Source of the DNA: a virus
IMG/VR virus record: IMGVR_UViG_3300032304_002326
Location: 14,588 to 78,587 of that record
Reading direction: 5' to 3' (one strand)
DNA length: 64,000 bases
Shown piece after piece: positions 10,848-20,037 of this stretch; the stretch's first letter is position 1, and the number at the start of each line of letters is the position of its first letter. Below the pieces are notes generated by a model. That model saw nothing but the letters and a program-made list of their open reading frames with translations, was not told the DNA's origin and searched no databases. A program made the translations under genes and the position numbers.

Positions 10848-11984
10848 ATGTCAGAAAACGTAAACAAAGTAAATGAAGAACAAGTTAATGCTGTAATTGA
10901 AAAATTGGAATCTAAAGATTTCGGCATTTATTTTTTCACATTAGACACAAAGGGTAATCCAGTAGCTGGTATTGCAAACATTTATGAACATGTAAAAGTT
11001 TTAAACCAATTAGGGTATAGAGCTTATATTTTACATGAGAAAAATGATTATAAAAAATTCGGTGACGAAGATGAAAACGGATTAGGTGATTGGTTAGGTG
11101 AAGAATATGCTAATTTACCACACATGTCAATTGAATCTGGTGCATTAAATGTTGGTCCACAAGACTTTTTAATTATACCAGAAGCATTCTCAAGTGTAAT
11201 GCAACAAAAAGAAGTTAGGTCTTTACCATGTAAAAAAATTGTATTCTCACAAAGTCATGAATACATTTTTGAATTATTACCATTAGGTAGAAGATGGACC
11301 GATTTTGGATTCAACGATGTTATTACAACATCAAAAAAACAAGGTGAATACCTTAAAACATTATTCCCAAGTATTAAAACACATGTTGTACCAGTTGCAA
11401 TCTCAAGTTACTTCAAAGCGTCAAACAAACCTAAGTTACCAATCGTAACTATTCACACTAGAAATCAAAGTGACGTTTCTAAAATTACAAAAGCATTTTA
11501 TTTACAATACCCAATCTACAAATGGTTAACATTTAAAGAATTAAGAGGTTTGTCTAAAGTACAATTTGCTGATGAACTATCTAAATCTTGTTTAGCTATT
11601 TGGGTTGACGATGTTGCTGGATTTGGTACATTCCCATTAGAAGCTATTGAGTGTGACACCCCAGTAATTGGTAAAATACCTAATATGGTTCCAGAATGGA
11701 TGGAAGAATTAGATTCAGATGGTAATTCAATTATCAAATACAATGGGTTATGGACTAATAGTACATTAAATATTCCAGAATTAATCTCAACATATATGAA
11801 AGTTTGGTTAGAGGATTCAGTTCCACAAGAACTTTTAGATGGTATGGCTGAAACAAAAGGTGTTTACAGTGAGGAAAATCAATCTAAAAAAATAGAAGAA
11901 GTTTATAGTTCACTAGTTCAATCTAGAACTGATGAATTTAAAAACATAATCGATTCATTAAAAACTGAATCAACAATTAAATAA
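10848..11984 (+). CDS. Glycosyltransferase, GT-B/GT4-like
   Basis: 'IYEHVKVLNQLGY', 'LIIPE', 'AGFGTFPLEAIECDTPVIG' (E-x7-E-like motif). Confidence 0.7.
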   Translation: MSENVNKVNEEQVNAVIEKLESKDFGIYFFTLDTKGNPVAGIANIYEHVKVLNQLGYRAYILHEKNDYKKFGDEDENGLGDWLGEEYANLPHMSIESGALNVGPQDFLIIPEAFSSVMQQKEVRSLPCKKIVFSQSHEYIFELLPLGRRWTDFGFNDVITTSKKQGEYLKTLFPSIKTHVVPVAISSYFKASNKPKLPIVTIHTRNQSDVSKITKAFYLQYPIYKWLTFKELRGLSKVQFADELSKSCLAIWVDDVAGFGTFPLEAIECDTPVIGKIPNMVPEWMEELDSDGNSIIKYNGLWTNSTLNIPELISTYMKVWLEDSVPQELLDGMAETKGVYSEENQSKKIEEVYSSLVQSRTDEFKNIIDSLKTESTIK

Positions 11985-11994
11985 TTTTTAAATT

Positions 11995-12042
11995 ATGAAT
12001 AATATAACAGTAATTATACCAAGATTTTTAGTTAGTGAATAG
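11995..12042 (+). pseudogene. Orphaned original 5' end (MNNITVIIP...) of GT2 gene 12932..13723
   Basis: GTAATTATACCA identical at 12010-12021 and 12956-12967; ITVIIP vs ISVIIP. Confidence 0.75.
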
Positions 12043-12080
12043 TTTTACATTAGATTTACCATATTTATAAATAAAAATTT

Positions 12081-12923
12081 ATGATAATATATAAAACAAC
12101 AAATTTAATTAATGGTAAAATTTATATAGGTAAAGATGTTAAAAATAACCCAAATTATTATGGTTCTGGTAAAATATTAAAACAAGCTATAAAAAAATAT
12201 GGTAAAGAAAATTTTAAAAAAGAAATATTACTTGAGTGTTTTAATAAAAAAGAATTAGAATTGGAGGAAATTAAACACATAACCAAATATTCATCAAATA
12301 ACCCTAAAATCGGATATAATGTAACTAATGGTGGGTCTGGTGGTGTAACAAAAAGAATAAAAATATACCAGTATAATAAAAATGGTGAATTTATAAAAGA
12401 ATGGGAGAGTAGTGAAGTTGCATCTAGAGAATTAAATATTGATTCAAGTGCTATTAGAAAAGTTTGTAAAGGTATTTTAAAAAGTTGTGGTGGATTTATT
12501 TGGTTAGAATATAAAAAAAATAATGTAATCTATAAAACAAATAAAGAAAAAAATATATTACAATATGATATGTGTGGTAATTTCATAAAAGAATGGGTAT
12601 CAATTAAAGATGCTGAAAATTATTTAAAAATAAAACCATATAGTGGTAATATTGGTTCAGTTTTAGATAAACCAAATAGGTCATCACATGGTTATATTTG
12701 GTTAACAAAATGTGATAAAATAAAAAATAAAATAAAACAATATGAACATAACTTATCAAGAAAGGTGAACCAATTAAATGATACGCATGATATTATTAAA
12801 ACCTGGGAATCAATTACTGATATATGTAAAAATTTAAAAATAAAACAAAGTACATTAATAAAATACCTTAAATTAGATAAAAAATTAGGTGGTTATTATT
12901 GGGAATATAATAATAAAAAATAA
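12081..12923 (+). mobile_element. Free-standing GIY-YIG homing endonuclease with three NUMOD1-like repeats
   Basis: 'IIYKTTNLINGKIYIGK...YYGSG..LK.AIKKYGKENFKKEIL'; 'QY..NG.FIKEW.S' repeats. Confidence 0.9.
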
Positions 12924-12931
12924 TAAATAAA

Positions 12932-13723
12932 ATGAAAAAAAGAAATTTAATAAGTGTAATTATACCATTACACGAAGTACAAGAAGGAACCAATGGATTA
13001 TATAAAAATGCAATTCAAAGTGTTATTGACCAAGTTGTAAAACCATCAAATGTGTTAGTTGTAACACCAATAGGTAGTGAAGCAACTAAATTTGCAAATG
13101 ACTTTGATTATGGTACTATAAAAGATTTAGTTAAAGTGATTGAAAATGATGGTAAAACGGATTTTGCATCACAAATTAATTATGGTGTTTCAAAATGTGA
13201 AACAACGTGGTTTAGTATTTTAGAATTTGATGATGAATATTCTAAAATTTGGTTTAAAAATGTGGAAACATATATTGAAGCTTATTCAGATGTTGATATT
13301 TTTATGCCTATCATAGTTGACGTTGATGAATTTGGTTCATTTATAGGGTTTACAAATGAAGCAGTTTGGGCCAATAGTTTTTCAGAAGAACTAGGTCTTT
13401 TAGATAAAGATGCATTACTTTCTTACCAAAACTTTAATATCGATGGTATTGTAATGAAAAAAGATATCTATGAATCATACGGTGGGTTTAAATCAAACAT
13501 GCAGTTAACATTTATTTATGAATTCTTATTAAGAATGACATATAAATCTGCTAAAGTTATGACAATCCCTAAATTTGGTTATAAACACGTAAACCAAAGA
13601 GTTGGTTCATTATTCCATAGTTATAAATTAAATATGAATCCAGTTGAAGCGAACTGGTGGTTAAATAAAGCTAAATCTGAGTTCTACCATGAGCATGACA
13701 GAGAATTGAGCTATGCTGAATAA
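12932..13723 (+). CDS. Glycosyltransferase family 2
   Basis: 'ISVIIPLH', 'INYGV', 'WFSILEFDD'. Confidence 0.75.
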   Translation: MKKRNLISVIIPLHEVQEGTNGLYKNAIQSVIDQVVKPSNVLVVTPIGSEATKFANDFDYGTIKDLVKVIENDGKTDFASQINYGVSKCETTWFSILEFDDEYSKIWFKNVETYIEAYSDVDIFMPIIVDVDEFGSFIGFTNEAVWANSFSEELGLLDKDALLSYQNFNIDGIVMKKDIYESYGGFKSNMQLTFIYEFLLRMTYKSAKVMTIPKFGYKHVNQRVGSLFHSYKLNMNPVEANWWLNKAKSEFYHEHDRELSYAE

Positions 13724-13733
13724 AATTTAAATA

Positions 13734-14483
13734 ATGGGCACACAACGAGGACGAAAAAGAACAAATGATTTATATTTCGGTCCAGACGAAGAGGCTGCTG
13801 TTATTAGATTTTTAGAATGTAATGATGATATAGAAAGGAATGCAATCTACAATGAATGGTTAAGAGGACCATTTGATAAAATGATTGAATCGATAATCAG
13901 AAGGTATAAATTATATAGAAAAGGGTTTTCGTTTGAGGATTTACACTCAGACACCCTATCCTTCTTGATAACAAAAGCAGATAAATTTGAAAAAGATTCT
14001 GGCAAGAAAGCATATTCTTACTATGGAACAATTTGTAAACACTACATACTTGGGTTACTAATCAAAGATGATAGTAATGTAAAACAACTATATTCGTATG
14101 AAGATTTAAGTCAAGATTATTTTGACGATAGAGATGATTTACAATATGAGATTGATGATAAAGATTTTACTTTAGATAAATTTATAGTTAAATTAACGAG
14201 TGGTATTAAACTTGAAATTGATAACAATGAAACGTTACCAATTAAAAAAAGATTGAATGATAATGAAATAAAGGTTGGTTACGCACTTATCGATATTTTA
14301 GAAAATTGGGAACAAACACTAGATGTAATGAATGGTGGGTCAAAATTCAATAAAAATTCAGTTTTGGAAACCATGCGAAATTACACCAATTTATCAACAA
14401 AAGACATAAGGTCGTCAATGAAAAGGTATAAAGATATATATTCTATATTAAAAATAGATGGGTTAGATAACGGATTTGAATAA
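13734..14483 (+). CDS. gp55-like late-transcription sigma factor
   Basis: 'FEDLHSDTLSFLITKADKFEKDSGKKAYSYYGTICKHYI' resembles sigma region 2.2-2.4 as in T4 gp55; no recognisable region 4. Confidence 0.6.
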   Translation: MGTQRGRKRTNDLYFGPDEEAAVIRFLECNDDIERNAIYNEWLRGPFDKMIESIIRRYKLYRKGFSFEDLHSDTLSFLITKADKFEKDSGKKAYSYYGTICKHYILGLLIKDDSNVKQLYSYEDLSQDYFDDRDDLQYEIDDKDFTLDKFIVKLTSGIKLEIDNNETLPIKKRLNDNEIKVGYALIDILENWEQTLDVMNGGSKFNKNSVLETMRNYTNLSTKDIRSSMKRYKDIYSILKIDGLDNGFE

Positions 14484-14537
14484 AAATCCGTTTTTTACGT
14501 ATTTATAGTATATAACAATAACTAAAATAATTCATGT

Positions 14538-14921
14538 ATGGCTAGGAAAAAGAAACAAGAAGTCAAAATAAATAGTGTTGACAGTCTTGAAGGATTATGT
14601 CAGGAAGCATATAATGATGCATGTGCGCAAATAAATGATGCACAAAGAACAATAAACGAAATGGTTAATTCAGCAAATCCAGAAGATGTTGATGATTTAA
14701 CCAAAATAGCTAAAGGTAAAGTCGATGCATTAAAGATTAAAGATTCAGCAATTAAAATAAAACTTGAAATTGCTAAATTACAAAATGATATTATTAAAAA
14801 CAATGGTGATGCTGATGCGGCCATTAAAGATAGAAGCAATGGTACAGCATCATTAGATGATTTTTCTAAAGTTAGAGAAATGATTAAAAATGGTCAAAAT
14901 AATAATCCAGAAAACGAATAA
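14538..14921 (+). CDS. Helical hypothetical protein (possibly terminase small subunit-like)
   Basis: 127 aa coiled-coil; TATTTAT upstream; function is a guess. Confidence 0.3.
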   Translation: MARKKKQEVKINSVDSLEGLCQEAYNDACAQINDAQRTINEMVNSANPEDVDDLTKIAKGKVDALKIKDSAIKIKLEIAKLQNDIIKNNGDADAAIKDRSNGTASLDDFSKVREMIKNGQNNNPENE

Positions 14922-14924
14922 GAT

Positions 14925-16508
14925 ATGTCAGTATACGACCAAAAGAAAAAAGTAATGGGTAATATTGCAGCATTGAATACAATAACTGAAGGTTTACCGA
15001 AATTTAAACGAACTGATTCATTTTCAAGTATGAATAATGATGGTAATTCAACTAATTTTCTATTGGATTTAACTCAAGCTTTAATTGGTTATCAAGAATT
15101 AAAAGAAAATATTGTAGATATATTAACTAGAAAATTACCAGAAATTGAATCTGAAATTAAGAAAAAATTAAAATTAGAATTAAAAGAATATACTAGTTGT
15201 GGTGTTAACCCAAATATCCCATCATGGTTTAAAAGTACTGGTGTTGGTGTTACATTAAAATTATCTAATATTGATTTTTTTCAAATAACAAAAACCGACC
15301 CAAAATCAGCATTTGGTTTTTTAATTTATAATGATTTTCAGTCTGGCACAAATAGCACTGATTTTAATACGTTTCTATATTCAAATATTGAACAAAATAA
15401 ATCAGACTACACACCAAACGGTGGTACACCAAGTCCATGGGGTACATCAACAGTTGGTACCAACATACTAGATTTAAAATTTAGTCCAGTTGGGAGTCCA
15501 ACAATTGTACCAGTATCAACATTAGGTACACCTATTGGTAATCCAATTGGGTTACCACCTAGTGGTTTTTTAACGGTACCAAATAATAATATAATTAAAA
15601 TAACTACTAACCCAGCATTCGATAATAAAACTTTATCTGAATTCAATGAAAAATTTATAGATAGTATTTATTTATTCGGTGACCCAAATAATTATGATGG
15701 TACCAAAATATTAAATGCAATTATTGATAATTTATTTGGGACTATGTCAGTTGAATTTGGTAAAACTAAGGAACAACTAAAAAAAGAGGCTGAAATAAAT
15801 GAAGTATTAAAGTGTATTTTAAATTCAGATGAAAACGATTTTATTGATGATAATTATTTTGAATTCGATAACGAACAATTGAGTAAAATAGAAACAGATG
15901 TAAATAATAAAAGATTAGGTATTAAGGTACTTGAAACATGTGGTAATTTAGTTGCAAATATACCGATTAGTGAACTTATAGATGCTAGTAATGCATTTAC
16001 AGCAGCAACAGCAAATCAATTAAGTCCATTAAGTGTTGATGAATTAAAATCACAAGCAATTAGTAAAGCTATTGATAATATAGCAGCGGCTCAAGCATCA
16101 AATGCTGCCACAATTGATATACCAACAGTTAAATATAATTTTATATTAGATTTAATAAAATCATTTACACAATCGGTAATAACTATAATTTTATCACCTA
16201 GATTAATTACTCTATTTGCTGTTAATTTTAAAATAATATATGGTCAGTTATCAGAATATGATGGTGCTATTGATTTTATGAAGAAAAATAAAAATCTAAT
16301 TATTAGTATATCTAAAACTGTGCTTGAAATAATAATTAAAATGTTAATAACTTTAGTTTTAAAATATATTAGTAAAAAACTAGCTAAAAAAATAGCAGAT
16401 GATAAAAAAGAAAAAAGTGAAAATTACAATAAAGTAATGCTTAGTTTATTAGGTGTTACCCCAGATATAATAACACAAATCCAAAATATAAATTATTTTG
16501 GTGCTTAA
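14925..16508 (+). CDS. Putative virion structural protein (baseplate/tail region)
   Basis: Late operon position upstream of gp5-like gene. Confidence 0.4.
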   Translation: MSVYDQKKKVMGNIAALNTITEGLPKFKRTDSFSSMNNDGNSTNFLLDLTQALIGYQELKENIVDILTRKLPEIESEIKKKLKLELKEYTSCGVNPNIPSWFKSTGVGVTLKLSNIDFFQITKTDPKSAFGFLIYNDFQSGTNSTDFNTFLYSNIEQNKSDYTPNGGTPSPWGTSTVGTNILDLKFSPVGSPTIVPVSTLGTPIGNPIGLPPSGFLTVPNNNIIKITTNPAFDNKTLSEFNEKFIDSIYLFGDPNNYDGTKILNAIIDNLFGTMSVEFGKTKEQLKKEAEINEVLKCILNSDENDFIDDNYFEFDNEQLSKIETDVNNKRLGIKVLETCGNLVANIPISELIDASNAFTAATANQLSPLSVDELKSQAISKAIDNIAAAQASNAATIDIPTVKYNFILDLIKSFTQSVITIILSPRLITLFAVNFKIIYGQLSEYDGAIDFMKKNKNLIISISKTVLEIIIKMLITLVLKYISKKLAKKIADDKKEKSENYNKVMLSLLGVTPDIITQIQNINYFGA

Positions 16509-16520
16509 AATATAAAAATT

Positions 16521-16946
16521 ATGGCAGAATGTAAATCAACCCAAAAAAGTTTACCAGTATCACAATCAGGTTTAAACTCAATTTCAAAAGTACTTAAAAT
16601 AATATTAGGTGCATTTAATTTACCACAAAAACCAGCTCCAAAAATTCCACCACTTTTATTATTAATTGGTGCTGAATTAAGGCCAGGCATGAGTGGTAGA
16701 CAATTAGCTGCAAATACAATATCTAAATTAGAGTCAGAAGCTGGAATACCCATGGGTGATATATTTGCTGATGGTCCAAACGCAATGGCGGCAGCTAAGT
16801 TAATAGAAAGTAACGAAACAGTTACACACATAAAAACTAATGCTAAATCAAGTACTGTAATTAAACCAGGGTCCATCCAAGTAACAGTTGTTGGTGGTAT
16901 AGGTTCAAACACATCGCTAACACAAACTTCAGGAATCGTAATATGA
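16521..16946 (+). CDS. Putative structural protein
   Basis: ORF in late operon; G/T/V-rich C-terminus. Confidence 0.4.
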   Translation: MAECKSTQKSLPVSQSGLNSISKVLKIILGAFNLPQKPAPKIPPLLLLIGAELRPGMSGRQLAANTISKLESEAGIPMGDIFADGPNAMAAAKLIESNETVTHIKTNAKSSTVIKPGSIQVTVVGGIGSNTSLTQTSGIVI

Positions 16947-17125
16947 AAACAGATTGGGAAGATAAAAGCAACAATGAAATATTGTTAGAAATTAAACAAC
17001 TTCAGCTAGACCACGAATCTTTAAAAATTAAAATTGCTAGGGAGTTTGATAAGTTAGTTGAAATTGAACAACTTTTTGATGAAGCTCAAAAAGTTATAAA
17101 AAAAAGGTTAATTGGTAATAAATAA
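16943..17125 (+). CDS. Small coiled-coil hypothetical protein
   Basis: Overlapping start/stop with neighbours. Confidence 0.6.
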   Translation: MKTDWEDKSNNEILLEIKQLQLDHESLKIKIAREFDKLVEIEQLFDEAQKVIKKRLIGNK

Positions 17126-18186
17126 TGGGTATTGACAATAAATTTGCAACGGGTCAAGCTAGTAGTGCTAATGGTACTGGTGTTGTTTTTAAAAATTTTC
17201 AATTAGCAGAAGTTGTTACAGTTGGTACGGTACCAGTTACACAAACAAATGATGCGATTAAAAATAAGGACTTAATATTTAATGCGGACCCATATATTAT
17301 AAGATGTAGGATTATCGGTAGTAACTATGATAATATTTTTTCAAATGATGCATTATTACCAAATTGCTTTCCACTTATACCTAAAATGGTGTCACCGATA
17401 CCAAAAGTTGGTGAATATGTGTTGGTATTTATGTTTGGGCCCGATGAAAAATATGGTGATAGGTTTTATATTGGACCAATCATATCAAATCCAACTGCAT
17501 ATAACAAGCAAACATTAATTAATGGTGCAACTGATGGGTTATCTGTTGGTATTTATACACCTGAAAGGGATTTATCTAAAATCGAATCAATAAAAGGTAT
17601 TTATGCTGACTATGATTCAAATAATACATATAGTTTAAATGGTAGGGATAATGCTGATATAGTATTCAAACCTAGTGAAGTATTAATTAGAGCTGGTAAA
17701 TTTATTGAAAATAAACCAAAAGAGTTTAATAATGTTAATCCAGCTTATATACAGGTTAAAAATGGATTTAATTATACAGACCAAGTAAATAATGCTATTG
17801 TTGCTATAACTGGTGCTGGTAAACAAAGTAAGCCTCAAAAAATAAGTGTTAATAACATTGTTGCTGATAAAATTAATTTATTAACCTACAACGGTAGTCC
17901 AAATTTTAATTTAACCGAAAGAGATTTATTAAATAGTACAACACCATATATAACTGATGATGAAATGAATACAATACTATCTACAGCGCATCCATTAGTA
18001 TTTGGTGATGTATTATTAGAATATTTAAAAGCATTAAGAGCTGCGTTTGATTCACATGTGCACAATAAATTCGGAGCTGCACCACCAACTGACAATATAA
18101 CATTAGGTAATTCAGTTGCAGAATTTAAAAAACTAGCACCAAAACTTGAAACAACTATGTTATCTAAAAATATAAGAATTAACTGA
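17125..18186 (+). CDS. Baseplate hub/spike gp5-like protein (N-terminal OB fold)
   Basis: 'IRCRI...CFPLIP...IPKVGEYVLVF...RFYIGP'; C-terminal 'HVH' metal-binding tip motif. Confidence 0.6.
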   Translation: MGIDNKFATGQASSANGTGVVFKNFQLAEVVTVGTVPVTQTNDAIKNKDLIFNADPYIIRCRIIGSNYDNIFSNDALLPNCFPLIPKMVSPIPKVGEYVLVFMFGPDEKYGDRFYIGPIISNPTAYNKQTLINGATDGLSVGIYTPERDLSKIESIKGIYADYDSNNTYSLNGRDNADIVFKPSEVLIRAGKFIENKPKEFNNVNPAYIQVKNGFNYTDQVNNAIVAITGAGKQSKPQKISVNNIVADKINLLTYNGSPNFNLTERDLLNSTTPYITDDEMNTILSTAHPLVFGDVLLEYLKALRAAFDSHVHNKFGAAPPTDNITLGNSVAEFKKLAPKLETTMLSKNIRIN

Positions 18187-18216
18187 TAATTCCAGATATT
18201 TATTAATAAAAAACAA

Positions 18217-19659
18217 ATGGTAGTTAGAACATATTTTGATAGGAATAATACAATTATATTAAATGATTATACCAACACTGGTAGAAATCCAATCACTGAA
18301 TTATATTATGGTGGTGATTTAGTTGATAAATCATACACTAGATTTTTATTTCATTTTGATGAAACTAGATTAAGAGAATTATATAGTGGTGGTACATTCC
18401 CAAATATAGGTCTAATGACACACACACTTAGAATGACTAATACTGGTGCATTTGATTTAAATTTACTTGGTCACGATACGTGTGATGGTAAACCTAGAGC
18501 CTCATCATTTGATTTAATAGTTTTTAAATTACCACAACAATGGGATGAAGGTGTTGGTTATGATTATAACATTGAAATACCATTAAGAGAACCTAGTTAC
18601 CAAGATACTAGCGGTATTAACCCAATGGTATATTCAACATGTCCATCAAACTGGTTTCAGGCTCAAACAAACTTACCTTGGAATACTGGTTCAGGTGTTT
18701 ACTCTGGTTCAACATTACCAACTATATTTGGTACACAACATTTTGAACAAGGTAATGAAAATATTGAAATAGATATTACCAATATAGTTAATTCATACAT
18801 AACTGGTGAAACTAATTATGGTTTAGGTATAGCATTTCCACCTAGTTACGAACAAATGTTTATGGATGAATTTCAATATGTTGGATTTTTCACTAGACAC
18901 ACACAAACTTTTTATGAACCATATGTAGAAACAACATATTCTTGCCATATTAAAGATGATAGAACTGATTTTTATTTAGATAAATTAAATAAATTATATC
19001 TGTATGTAAATTTAGGTGGTAACCCAACTAACTTAGATAAATTACCAACAGTTACGGTTTATGATAATTGTGGTGAAATAATATCAGCTTATACACAAAA
19101 TGATGTTGTTCATTGTACTAAAGGTGTTTACTATATTGATTTACTAGCTAATACTAATTCAAATAATCAACCAGGTGTAATGATAAATGACGTTTGGGGT
19201 AATATTAAGATAAAAGGTGTAAGTAGACCTGATATCGAATTATCAACTGAATTAAAAGATTCATTTGGTTATTATAATATTGGTGACGCTGATGATTTAC
19301 CTAAAAAAGTTGGTTTTAATATTTCTGGTATAAATCACAATGAAAAAATAAAAAGAGGTGATATCAGAAAAGTGTTGGTTAGTACAAGGATACCATATAC
19401 AGTAAATCAAACTCAAAAAATTGATAGATTACTTTATCGTCTATATGTTAAAGAAGGTAAAAATGAATATACAGTAATTGATTACCAACCATTAGAAATG
19501 ACACCAAATACCAACTATTTCTTATTGGATACACAAAGTTTAATACCTAATACTTATTATTTAGATGTTAAATATGAATCAAATTTAGAGGTATCAACAA
19601 ATAAAGAAGTGTTAAAATTTGATATAGTATCTCAAGTTGAATTAAGAATATCACAATAA
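18217..19659 (+). CDS. Putative structural protein, beta-rich (DNRLRE-like) domains
   Basis: 'TRFLFHFD', 'WDEGVG', 'IDITNIV...NYGL'; ATATTTAT upstream. Confidence 0.45.
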   Translation: MVVRTYFDRNNTIILNDYTNTGRNPITELYYGGDLVDKSYTRFLFHFDETRLRELYSGGTFPNIGLMTHTLRMTNTGAFDLNLLGHDTCDGKPRASSFDLIVFKLPQQWDEGVGYDYNIEIPLREPSYQDTSGINPMVYSTCPSNWFQAQTNLPWNTGSGVYSGSTLPTIFGTQHFEQGNENIEIDITNIVNSYITGETNYGLGIAFPPSYEQMFMDEFQYVGFFTRHTQTFYEPYVETTYSCHIKDDRTDFYLDKLNKLYLYVNLGGNPTNLDKLPTVTVYDNCGEIISAYTQNDVVHCTKGVYYIDLLANTNSNNQPGVMINDVWGNIKIKGVSRPDIELSTELKDSFGYYNIGDADDLPKKVGFNISGINHNEKIKRGDIRKVLVSTRIPYTVNQTQKIDRLLYRLYVKEGKNEYTVIDYQPLEMTPNTNYFLLDTQSLIPNTYYLDVKYESNLEVSTNKEVLKFDIVSQVELRISQ

Positions 19660-19943
19660 TGAAAGATTTTATAAAACATAAACTAAGGGAAAATTTATCA
19701 AACCCAATATGTAATATAATGACAGTTAGTACTTATGAAGAAGGTATTGAACTTTTAAATAAACATATTGGAACGCCAAAAGAAAACCCAGAAGCTTGGG
19801 CTCAAATTTCTAAACCACTTAAAATGTGGGAAGATATTACAATACAAATTCGAAAAGAATTGAAAACTGGTGCAACTGGCGATTCTGAAGTTGATGAATC
19901 AGATACTTGGTGGTCAGCAATCACTAGTAGGTTTTGTAGATAA
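19659..19943 (+). CDS. Small protein with 'IKHKLRE' leader
   Basis: MKDFIKHKLRENL. Confidence 0.6.
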   Translation: MKDFIKHKLRENLSNPICNIMTVSTYEEGIELLNKHIGTPKENPEAWAQISKPLKMWEDITIQIRKELKTGATGDSEVDESDTWWSAITSRFCR

Positions 19944-19945
19944 TT

Positions 19946-19976
19946 TTTAAATACATCTTTACAAATTTATATTTTT
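19946..19976 (+). repeat. 31-bp direct repeat, copy 1
   Basis: TTTAAATACATCTTTACAAATTTATATTTTT, identical to 22518-22548. Confidence 0.9.
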
Positions 19977-19991
19977 TACTATATAATATAG

Positions 19992-20015
19992 TGGGGATTA
20001 TTAATCCCCATTTTT
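19992..20015. terminator. Intrinsic terminator hairpin between convergent genes
   Basis: TGGGGATTA-T-TAATCCCCA followed by T run. Confidence 0.7.
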
Positions 20016-20037
20016 ATTTTAAAAATATAGGATTATT

